A model generated the notes under the pieces. That model ran no database searches and had not been told where the DNA came from. It saw nothing but the letters and a program-made list of their open reading frames with translations. A stretch of 63,958 nucleotides of DNA, taken from NCBI GenBank assembly GCA_964016885.1, contig CAXHJY010000722.1, positions 1 to 63,958 on the forward strand. Reading direction: 5' to 3'. This document shows positions 40,123 to 56,356 of the stretch, in pieces (within the stretch, counting starts at the first letter, position 1; every line of letters begins with the position of its first letter). Origin of the DNA: Eledone cirrhosa. Taxonomy: Eukaryota. The translations under genes were made by a program, and so were the position numbers.

Positions 40123-40423
40123 GGGGATTCCTTTCTTTGTTTCTGTGCCTTTCCTTTCTTCTATCCTACGCCATTTTGTTTCTGTGTGTGTGTTGTGTGC
40201 TCAGTTTGCGCATGCGCCACATCCGGGTGTCTGTGTGTGTTTGTGTTCATTTATCTATTTGTTTATTTATTTATTTATTTATTGTTGGTTGGTTGTTTGT
40301 TCTATGTGTGTGTGTGTTTTCATTTTGTCCTGTGTGTGTTTTTATTTTGTCCTTAATTGTAAGTTGTTTGTTCTATGTGTGTGTGTGTTTTCATTTTGTC
40401 CTGTGTGTGTTTTCATTTTGTCC

Positions 40424-40845
40424 TTAATTGTAAGTTGTGATGTTGCTGTTCCACTCATATTTTCTATTTAATTTTGGTTGTAATTCTTTTATGCTTACTG
40501 CCTCTGTAATTTGCCTAAACATTGCATCTTTTCTGTGTGTGGATTCTATTTTTATTTCTATGTTCTCTAATCTACCCCTGTGTTCTATCTTAGCATGTTG
40601 GTAGAGCACAGATGATTCTTTATTATCTTGAAGGTTTCGCCAGTGTTCATTTATTCGTTCCCCTATACTACGAGCTGTCTCACCTATGAACACTATATTT
40701 TTGTTTCTACATTGTCCTTCAGTACATCTTATGCTATACACTACATTTCTAGTTTTACAGTTAATATGGGGGCTTATTTTACAGGTTATACATTTCTTAT
40801 CTATACATGAGGGTCTTTGGAACGGGTATGTCTTGCTAATAAGAT
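40424..40845 (-). CDS. Penelope GIY-YIG endonuclease domain (truncated)
   Basis: C...KCITC...CKTRNVVYSIRCTEGQC...FIGETARSIGERINEHW...SVLYQH...RQITEAVSI...LN. Confidence 0.88.
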
Positions 40846-41112
40846 AGAACACAGGGGTAGATTAGAGAACATAGAAATAAAAATAGAATCCACACACAGA
40901 AAAGATGCAATGTTTAGGCAAATTACAGAGGCAGTAAGCATAAAAGAATTACAACCAAAATTAAATAGAAAATATGAGTGGAACAGCAACATCACAACTT
41001 ACAATTAAGGACAAAATAAAAACACACACACACATAGAACAAACAACCAACCAACAATAAATAAATAAATAAATAAACAAATAGATAAATGAACACAAAC
41101 ACACACAGACAC

Positions 41113-41132
41113 CCGGATGTGGCGCATGCGCA
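41113..41132 (+). promoter_or_regulatory. Candidate pLTR promoter: ETS-like CCGGATGT next to NRF1-like GGCGCATGCGCA
   Basis: Also present at 40207-40226 (other arm); the TGCGCATGCG core is at 6657-6666 in family A at a similar distance from the hammerhead. Confidence 0.35.
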
Positions 41133-41216
41133 AACTGAGCACACAAAACACACACAGAAACAAAATGGCGTAGGATAGAAGAAAGGAAAGGCACAGAAAC
41201 AAAGAAAGGAATCCCC

Positions 41217-41261
41217 AGTCACTGAAGAGGTCACAGAGTGTATGACGAAAGGACTATGACT
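41217..41261 (+). ncRNA. Minimal type I hammerhead ribozyme (second copy)
   Basis: AGUCA CUGAAGA G GUCACA GAGUG UAUGAC GAAA GGAC UA UGACU; one stem II mismatch. Confidence 0.78.
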
Positions 41262-41427
41262 ATATATAAACAACTACCTGGTTGTGGAACCAACCAACCA
41301 ACCAGAAATTTATAAGTTTGTAGATTTGTAAATTCATAAATTTATAAATATATAATAAATTGAAGTGAAAGCAACTGGTGCGTGTGTTTCTTATTGGCAA
41401 CATGACCCTCCCAAAGTATAACAATAT

Positions 41428-41849
41428 ATACATGTATAAATACATATGTATATATATATATGCATATATATATGTATGTATACATATGTATATATATATA
41501 TGTGTATGTATATATAAACATGTATATATATATATATGTGTATGTATATATACATATGTATAAATGTATATATATATATACATATGTGTAAATGTATATA
41601 TATATATACATATGTATATATGTATATATATATACATATATATATGTGTATATGTATATATACATATGTATATATGTATATGTATATATACATATGTATA
41701 TATGTATATGTATATATACATATGTATATATGTATATATATATATATACATATATATATATGCGTTATGTATATATGTATATATATACATATATATAAAT
41801 GTGTTATGTATATATGTATATATATACATACATATGTGTTATGTATATA

Positions 41850-41880
<31 letters not shown>

Positions 41881-42084
41881 GTGTTATGTATATGTATATA
41901 TATATACATATATATATATGTGTTATGTATATATGTATATATATATACATATGTATATATGTGTAATGTATATATGTGTAATGTATATATATATATATGT
42001 ATATATACATATGTATATGTATATATGTATATATACATAAGTATATATGTATATGTATATATGTAGATATGTATATGTATATAT

Positions 42085-42116
<32 letters not shown>

Positions 42117-42364
42117 ATGTATATGTATATATATATACATATGTATATATGTGTAATGTATATATATATATGTATATATGTGTAATGTATATATATATAT
42201 GTATATATACATATGTATATATGTATATGTATATATACATATGTATATATGTATATATATATACATATATATATATGCGTTATGTATATATGTATATATA
42301 TACATATATATAAATGTGTTATGTATATATGTATATATATACATACATATGTGTTATGTATATA

Positions 42365-42395
<31 letters not shown>

Positions 42396-42913
42396 GTGTT
42401 ATGTATATGTATATATATATACATATATATATATGTGTTATGTATATATGTATATATATATACATATGTATATATGTGTAATGTATATATGTGTAATGTA
42501 TATATATATATATGAATATATACATATGTATATGTATATATGTATATATACATAAGTATATATGTATATGTATATATGTATATATGTATATGTATATATA
42601 CATATGTATATATGTATATATACATATGTATATATGTATATGTATATATGTATATGTATATATGTATATGTATATACATATGTATATATGTGTAATGTAT
42701 ATATATATATGTATATATGTGTAATGTATATATATATATGTATATATACATATGTATATGTATATATGTATATATACATATGTATATATGTATATGTATA
42801 TACGTATATATACATATGTATATGTATATATGTATGTATATATGTATGTATATATGTATATGTATATATGTATGTATATATGTATATATGTATGTATATA
42901 TGTATATGTATAT

Positions 42914-42947
<34 letters not shown>

Positions 42948-43020
42948 ATGTATATATACGCATGTATATATGTATATTTATATGTATATATATCTATATG
43001 TATATATGTATACATGTATA
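41428..43020. repeat. Interrupted (TA)n array with a ~515-bp internal duplication
   Basis: Marker TGCGTTATG...AAATGTGTTATG at ~41761 and ~42276. Confidence 0.93.
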
Positions 43021-43498
43021 TAATGTAAATGCCATTTTTCTGATCTCTCTCCAGCCTATCGGTTCATTCATTCATATTTATTCTATTCTATAATTCTGTC
43101 TGGTTGTTTCTAAATAATCCTCTTGTATTTTTAACTATATTTTTAACTACCCCACTTTTGGCCGAAAAAATGCTAGGGTTGATAAAATGGCCTCTTATCC
43201 TTTACCCCCCCCCCCCACTATAGCGTGCTACGCGCTGGCTAGTTCCCCCCCCCCTTTCAATCACTCCCTTCTCTCTCCAAATATAAATAAACCTGTAGCG
43301 AGGTAAGAATCCCAGAATTTGAAACGCTCAAAAATGGTGAGACCTCATCCCTGCGAATTATAATGTAAATGCCATTTTTCTAATCTCTCTTCAGCCTATC
43401 GGTTCATTCATTCATATTTATTCTATTCTATAATTCTGTCTGGTTGTTTCTAAATAATCTTCTTGTATTTTTAACTATATTTTTAACTACCCCACTTT
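43019..43498 (+). repeat. 340-bp unit repeated ~1.4 times
   Basis: TATAATGTAAATGCCATTTTTC...TTTTAACTACCCCACTTT at 43019-43158 and 43359-43498. Confidence 0.9.
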
Positions 43499-43559
43499 GC
43501 TAACTACCCCATACCCCTCCCTCCCGCCTCCACTCTCCACCTTATTATTTGGACCAATC

Positions 43560-46500
43560 ACAAGTCAACAGCCTATGCTATCACATCTGGCTGCTTTTCG
43601 ATATGATGGATGGACTAAGGAATTTCTGGAGAGTCTGAAGAATCTGGACACTCGATGACAATGCCAAAGATAACGACAAATTCACATTCATGCTGCAGGA
43701 CGAAAGGGCAAGTCGCCCTCCTCTTTGTTTCATCCGCGGATGGCCAACATAACCCCAACCCCATCACCCATCCTTGCGCCCCATCCTCCAAACACAATCC
43801 AAAACTTCAGAGTTGGTACCATAAATGTAGGCACCTTAAAAGGCCGCTCTAACGAGGTTGTAGAAATGCTTGAACGTAAGGAGGTTGATGTTTGCTGTAT
43901 CCAAGAGACCAGGTGGAGGGGCGGGTCTGCTAGATTCATTGTGGGTAAAAAACGTTGCTATAAGCTTTTCTGGGTGGGAAATGACAATGGGATAGGTGGG
44001 GTAGGAATCATGTTAGCAGAAAAATGGGTGGATAAGATAATAGATGTAAATAGAGAAAATGACAGAATAATTAATTAAAATAAGACTTGTTCTATTTTAA
44101 TAATTAATTAAAATAAGACTTGTTCTATACGCGCCCCAGACCGGATTGCCTGGCGCTATAAAAGACAGATTCTATGAGACACTGATGCTCACTACCTCCC
44201 AAATAACCGACAGTGACTATATAATTATTACTGGCGATCTAAATGGCCACGTTGGTCAACATTGTGACGGCTATGACGGAATCCACGGAGGCTATGGGTT
44301 TGGTACTAGAAATGAGGAAGGCTCCAGAATCCTGGAATTCTGTGATGCAAATAACCTAACTATCTGTAACACTAACTTCAAAAAACGAGACAATCACTTG
44401 ATCACCTACAGATCGGGGGAACATACCAGCCAGGTAGATTATATCCTTACCAGAGGACGTGACAGAGTGTCTGTTGTAAACACAAAATCCCTCCCCCATG
44501 AAGAATACACCTCCCAACATAGACTGCTAATTAGCGACCTCATAGTCAGGACGAGACATACTAGACAACAGAAGAGGACTATCCTCAGGAGAAAAAATAT
44601 GGAAGTTAAAGGACCCCACAGCCAGAAATAAATTTCAAAGCATGTTACTTGATGCTTTCGACAGTAAGGAAGAGTAATTAGAGTCAGATAATATAGAGGA
44701 ACAGTGGGAATTCCTTAAAGCAAACCTGCTGACGGCGGCAGACGAAGTCTGTGGCTGGAGCAGGCCTGTAGGTAGGAGGAGAGTAACATGGTGGTGGAAC
44801 AGTAAGGTGGAGGAGTCAATTAAGGCCAAAAAGCAGGCTTGGAAAGTATGGCGGGATGGGGGAAGTAGAGAAGACTACCAAGTGGCCAGGAGGGAAGCTA
44901 GGAGTCAAGTGTACTTCGCAAGAAGAGAAGCAGAGGAAAGAAAGTTCAAGCATGTTCTACAACGTGAGGACTAAAAACGTGAGGTGATCAGGATTGCTAG
45001 GCAATGTGTCAAGGAAAACCGTGATATTGTCGGGGAGAAGTGTGTACTTAATGATGATGGTGTACTTGCCATCACTGATGCTGATAAGAAGGTAGCTTGG
45101 AAGTGTCACTACGAAAGGCTTCTAAATGAGGAGAATAAATGGGAGAAAGACAGTCTCCCCCACATCGACCCAATAGAAGGACCGGCAGTGTTCGTCGAAG
45201 GTAGTATAATAAGTAAGGCAATCAAAGATATGAAGATGGGTAAGGTGGCTGGGCCTTCGGAAATAGTTACTGAGATGCTGAAAGCCTCTGGAACGGTGGG
45301 ACACACCATGGTCACCCGGATAGTAAACCAAGTCATACAGAATGGGGTTGTTCCGAAGGACTGGCGTAGCAGCATCATCATTAACTGTTACAAGGGTAAA
45401 GGAGATGCCTTAGATAGGAGTAACTATAGAGGCATGAAATTAATCGACCAGGTCATGAAGGTCACGGAAAAAGTTATAGCGCAACTAATCAGAGAGAGAA
45501 TTGATCTAGATGAAATGCAGTTCGGGTTTGTGTCAGGCAAAAGTACCACAGACGCTCTTTTCATTGTACGACAACTACAGAAGTACCTAGCTAAAAGTAA
45601 ACCCCTATACTTAGCATTTGTTGACTTGGAGAAAGCCTTTGACAGTGTCCCCCGCTCCATTATCTGGTGGGCTCTTAGAAAACTAGGTGTTGATGAATGG
45701 CTTGTGAGAGCTATACAAGCCATGTATAAAGAAACAGTCAGCAAGGTTAGAATTAACAACGAATATAGTGAAGTGTTTAGCGTAAAAGTTGGTGTTCATC
45801 AGGGCTCCGTTCTTAGCCCCCTACTATTTATTATTGCCCTTCAGGCTATAACAGAGGAGTTCACGACCGGCTGCCCATGGGAACTCCTATACGCAGATGA
45901 TCTAACGCTCATAGCTGAATCAATGGCCGAGCTAGAGAAGAAATTCCAAACATGAAAGCATGGCCTAGAATCAAAAGGGCTTAAAATTAACCTGTCTAAG
46001 ACTAAAGTTCTAGTTTGTAGGAAAGAAAATAAGGCGACGGTCCCTTCCGGGAAATGGCCATGCTCAGTGTGTAGGAAAGGCGTAGGTAGAAACTCCATTT
46101 TTATGTCCCAAATGCAAAGTATGGGTGCATAAAAGATGTAGTGGGATCACAGGTAAGCTAACTAAGAACATAGATTTTACATGTGGCCGGTGGTGTGATG
46201 CAATAAGTAGCAGCAAGTGCCCACAAAATACTAGCACTTTCAATTGCGCAGAGGGTTCTATAGAAATAGTGGACATTCTCTGTTACCTGGGTGACAAAAT
46301 CAGCAGTGGGGGAGGGTGCTCTGAAAGTACAGTAGCTAGAGTCAGTACGGGATGGAAAAAGTTCAGAGAGCTTATACCACTATTAGCCACTAAAGGGTTC
46401 TCCCTAAAAATGAAAGGCAGGTTGTATGATACCCGCATACGAACAGCAATGTTGCATGGCAGTGAGACCTGGGCATTGTATGCAGAGGATATACGCAGAG

Positions 46501-47335
46501 TAGAGAGGAACGAAGCTTGCATGCTCCGCTCGATGTGTAATAGTAACATACGTGAACGGCAAGGCATAAGCGAACTAAGGAAAAAATTAGAAATAAGAGG
46601 GATCAGATGTTGTTTACTCGAGAGAAGGTTACGTTGGTATGGTCACGTGATGCGCATGAAAGACAACAGCTGTATAACAAAGTGCAGGGCAATAAAGATA
46701 GACGGTAGCTACGGAGTAGGCAGACCTAGAAAAACCTGGGACGAGCTGATAAATTCCGACCTCACACACTTACACCTCTCCAAGACAATGTCACTGGACC
46801 GAGACCTTTGGCGGTACTCAGTAATAGAGAAGACCCGCCTTACCTAAATACAAAGTAAAACCTACTACAGTCAGTAAGCATCTCTAACAAAATACACCCC
46901 GTCCCACCACCCCCGCCCCATCTTTCAATGTAAAGTTATGTTGGTGCCATAACATCCAGGCCGAAACAAGTGAGATCGTGTAGGTGTCACGACAAAAAAA
47001 AACACACAGTCCACGCTGTAATGTGGCCGTGTAGGCAACACGGTAAAAACCTCCCAGCCCCACACTGTAAATGTGGTTGGTGTTGGGAAGGGCATCCAGC
47101 TGTAGAAAACCCGCCAGACAGTCCACGCTGTAATGTGGCCGTGTAGGCAATACGGTAAAAACCTCCCAGCCCCACACTGTAAATGTGGTTGGTGTTAGGA
47201 AGGGCATCCAGCTGTAGAAAAGCCGCCAGACAGTCCTATGCGAGCAAGACAATCACTCTTGCCTCAAGTGGGAAAACCCCGTCTAACCCATGCAAGCATG
47301 GAACACGGACGTTAAACGATTATGATGATCATGAT
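43560..47335 (+). mobile_element. Near full-length RTE LINE, inactivated
   Basis: APE-RT-PHD-like coding region, 3' UTR with a duplicated ~115-bp module, GGACGTTAAACGAT(TATGATGAT) tail; 5' boundary approximate. Confidence 0.92.
43725..46847 (+). pseudogene. RTE ORF (APE endonuclease + RT + PHD-like finger)
   Basis: RVGTINVGTL, IQETRW, GDLNGHVG, SQHRLL, FVDLEKAFD, YADD. Broken by a ~28-bp duplication at ~44067-44128, stops at ~44972 and 45953, and frameshifts near 44595 and 46100. Confidence 0.92.
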
Positions 47336-47484
47336 ATACATATGTATATATGTATATATATGTATATATGTATATGTATATTGTATATATATATATGTAT
47401 ATGTATATATATATATGTATATGTATATATATATATGTATATATGTATATTTATATATGTATATATATATGTGTATATATATAT
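47336..47484. repeat. (TA)nTG microsatellite
   Basis: Direct reading. Confidence 0.95.
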
Positions 47485-47487
47485 TTT

Positions 47488-47850
47488 GCGAACACACATC
47501 AAACACTATACGCAAACGCATGAGCAGAGAAGAAGACAAAAATAAATAAATAAATAAACAAACAGATTAAATAAAAATGTCATAGACATACAACAAGAGG
47601 AAACATAATAGCACCACTGACGATGTTGCAGATGTGCAACGAAGATCTTTTTTAGACTTTATATATGTGTTTGTGTCTATATTATATCTGTATTTTTTAC
47701 CGTTGGTCAATCAATGGAAACATTGAGGACCGAATAAATTAACTCATTATAAAAGATACAGAAACGAAAACCAAACAAACAGTCAGTGTGTTCTGTTATT
47801 AATTCTGGCAATATTATTATAACAATATGACCCTCCCCAAGTATAACAAT
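47488..47850 (+). mobile_element. Solo Penelope A pLTR
   Basis: Reverse complement of ~6310-6705; hammerhead-like core at 47611-47655; ends ATGACCCTCCCCAAGTATAACAAT. Confidence 0.88.
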
Positions 47851-52750
<4,900 letters not shown>

Positions 52751-53398
52751 AAGGGAAAAAGAAAAGGAGGAGAGCACAAGCACGGACCTGAAAGAAAATG
52801 ATATACCCTTCGCTACAGGCAGGGAGGGCAGGCCGGGCAACCAACAAGCTAAGGGCAAAGGTGAAAAGCGAAATCACCTTCCGAAGGAGAACCAAGCGCA
52901 GAGGGACCAGTGGACAACTGTTCAAAGAAAGAACAGAAAGCACCGAGACACTGGGAGCAAAAAACACCAAGTAATGTGCAAGTTTTTCAAGAACGGGACA
53001 TGCTGGTATGGAGAGACAGGGATGGGATGCAGATTCGCCCACCCTAGGTCTCAACCAACTATGCCCATCATACTCGCGCAACATGCCCCAGCCAAAGCCG
53101 AAATAAGCCGCTCCAGAAGTATGCTGATGTCGCGCGTGCTGCACCAACAAGGAGAAGGCACGCACATGCCGACGAGATACAGATGGCAGCAGCAGATCAG
53201 AAAAATTTTTTAGTGATGGCCGAGAAGATTGTGGGACAGCTGACCTGGCTGCATCGTCTCCAGAGCCAGGGTCATCCACACCAGCACTCGAGACCACCGC
53301 AGTTAAGGGACCCAGAGTGGCCGCCGCTGACACCAGACCAGGTGTCATACCGACAGCCATTACTGGCACCCCAAAAGTCACACCAGTGCTGCTGCTGA
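52751..53398 (+). CDS. ORF1 remnant with CCCH zinc finger (5'-truncated, one frame discontinuity)
   Basis: [22 protein letters not shown] (C-x7-C-x8-C-x3-H) at 52977-53042. A second frame, open 53048-53398, encodes KYADVAR...QKNFLV. Confidence 0.6.
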
Positions 53399-56356
53399 AT
53401 GTCAGGGGCCTGGTGAAACTCAGCAACATGAGTAAAATTTCCTACCTGGGAGACTTAGCCATAAGCAATCAAGCACTATGCATGGCACTAACCGAAACGC
53501 ACCTGACAAGCAGTATAGCAGATGCAGAAATACATATACCGAAATATACTGTATTTCGTTCGGACAGGAAGGAGAGAACTCATGGTGGGGTTGCTCTGTA
53601 TATCCGTGAAGATGTCACACCAATTGTTCTGTTGACACATTCAAACTCAGTCTGTGACACACTGATAATACATATGAAGCAACTACAGACGGTAATATGT
53701 GTCACATATCGGCCGCCCGATGCCCCCAGTCATGAGGGTAAATTTGAGGATAGCCTAAGTAGGATAGAAGAGGTCCTTGACAAACTGGACCAGGGTCTCA
53801 ACATCCTACTGCTGGGAGACTTCAACCTACCAAAGGTCAAATGGCCTGAGGGCCACCTCCTCCCTGGAATGACGTCAATAGAACAGAGACAGACGGAATC
53901 CCTGCTGGCCCTCACACACAGGCTGTTCATGGAGCAAGCAATACTCCTCCCAACAAGAGGCGAAAATGTCCTGGACCTCTGTTTTACAAACAACGAAGTG
54001 CTCATCCACAATGTAAAGGTGACACCAACAATTCTCTCGGATCATAACTTGGTAGAGCTAATGATATGTGGTCCAAGAGAACCAACAGAGACAAAACCAC
54101 CAAGAAGCTCCGGGACGCTATCCAGCCTTAACTTCTACAGGGCTGACTGGAAGAAGATTAAGAGTGAAATCCGGAAGCAAACATGGAGTGCAAACATCGC
54201 CACACAAGACACTAACACACAATTTCAACACTTCATGACAACGATACACACCATATGCAAAAAGTGTGTCCCGGAGAAAGAGGCAAACAGACACAAAAAT
54301 CTTATTCCCAGAGATAGGAAAATCCTTATGAGACGTAGAACTAAACTCTCAAACCAGTTGAATAGTCAACAAAACCAAAACAAGAAGGAATCCTATTTGA
54401 AACGTGCACTACTTGACACCGAGATTGCACTCAAGCTTTCACATGAGAATGAGAGGGCAAGGAAAGAGAACAGGGCCATAGAAAACATTAAAACAAACCC
54501 TAAGGCCTTCTTTAAATTTGCAAAAGAAACTGCCTCAGTACACTGCAAGATTGGACCACTCTTCCACACGGACGGTTCATTAACCGAAAATCCCCAAGAG
54601 ATATGTGAAATACTGAATGAACAGTACAAAAGTGTCTTCACATGTCCACTGAGGCACATGCAAATAACGAAGCCAGAGGAGTTCTTTGATGCCACAACAC
54701 TACATCAAGAAATGGCAACCATCAACCACATAGACATAACGGAGGAGGATGTGGTGTACGCCATTGATGAAATTAGAACAGACTCGGCTGCTGGACCTGA
54801 TGGATTCCAGCAGTTCTCCTAAAAATATGTAAGCGGGCCTTAGCAACTCCACTGAAGATGCTCTTCAGAAGCTCCTTGGCTAGCGGTGTACTACCCAGGG
54901 AGCTGAAAGAAGGCACAATATGCCCTATCCATAAAGGAGGTAGTAGAGCGGAGGCCAAGAACTATAGGCCAGTCTCCCTGACGTCGCATATCAGTAAGGT
55001 CATGGAGCGAGTCGTCAGAAAGAAACTAATCACTTTCCTCGAAGAAAATGACCGCCTGACTAGCACGCAACATGGCTTCCGCCCAGGAAGAAGCTGCCTT
55101 ACACAGCTGCTACATCACTACGACTGGGTACTGAGACAGCTACTAGACAGCTCACATGTAGACGTGATATATCTTGACTTTGCGAAGGCCTTTGACAAGG
55201 TCGACCACGGAATGATATGTCACAAACTACACGGACTCGGCATAACTGGAAAAGTAGGTGAGTGGCTGCATGGCTTCCTGAGGGACAGAAGCCAGGCAGT
55301 CGCAGCAAATGGGGCTCTCTCGAGGGAAACACCGATAACAAGTGGGGTGCCTCAGGGGACAGTCCTGGGACCACTACTGTTTTTGGTGGCTCTCTCGGAC
55401 ATGCCCTCTCTGGTGCATGCAACAACATCCCTCACTAGCTATGCTGATGACACTAAGGTAGCACAGGCAATCAAAACCCGGCTGACACTGCCCTCTTACA
55501 GCAGGATCTGGATGCCATATACAGATGGGCGGAAGAAAACAACATGCAGTTTAATGCTGGCAAATTCCAAGCCCTACAATACAAACCTGCAAACACAAAC
55601 ACAAATATAGCGGAACACAGCTACACAGGACCAGGAGGGACCGATATCCCCGTGTCAAAATCGATACGAGACCTGGGCATAGACATGAGCGATGATGCAT
55701 CTTTTTCTTCACACATCATGAAGGTGGCGACAGCATGTAGACGATTCGCTGGCTGGATCTTGAGGACTTTCCTTACAAGAGATCGAGACACCATGTTGAC
55801 ACTGTGGAGGACTTTTGTCCTAAGCCGCCTGGACTACTGCTCCCAGCTGTGGTCACCCCATAGTGTCAAACTAACCACAGAGCTTGAGGCAATCCAGCGA
55901 AGCTACACCAAGAGGATTGCCAAGATGAGGGAGACAAGCTACTGGGAGAGGCTGAAGGAACTGAACCTCTACTCCTTGGAGCGAAGACGGGAGAGATACG
56001 CAGTGATCTACATGTGGAAAATCCTGGAGGGACTAGCACCAAACTTTGGCATTGGGAGCTGGACCAACCGTCGAACAGGACGTCACTGTGTGGTGCCAAA
56101 GGTCCCGTCTTCCACATCTAGAATAAGGAGCAGGTATTGCAATAGCCTGGGATTCAAGGGCCCTCAACTCTTCAACAGGCTGCCGAGGCATCTGCGAGAC
56201 TTGCATGACGTGGAGGTGGATGTCTTTAAGAAACATCTCGACACCTTGTTATCCAGGATCCCGGATGAGCCCACAGCAAGACACGAGGGAAACCTAAGGG
56301 CAGCAGCAACAAACTCCCTCCTACACCAGTGGCCAACCTATACAGGCTGGAGATAA
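53206..56356 (+). CDS. ORF2: APE endonuclease + reverse transcriptase (~1050 aa if two 1-bp gaps are repaired)
   Basis: [34 protein letters not shown]; [34 protein letters not shown]. Made up of ORFs 53317..54822, 54858..55610 and 55544..56356. Confidence 0.92.

Larger units (their letters stand above)
39853..40845 (-). mobile_element. Penelope-like element, family B, 5'-truncated (GIY-YIG + pLTR + tail)
   Basis: ORF 40424..40852 is homologous to the family A C-terminus; followed by pLTR with hammerhead and ORF start [18 protein letters not shown]. Confidence 0.9.
40840..41427 (+). mobile_element. Inverted second copy of Penelope B 3' end/pLTR
   Basis: Reverse complement of 39912-40592 apart from small duplications in the left arm. 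Confidence 0.92.
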
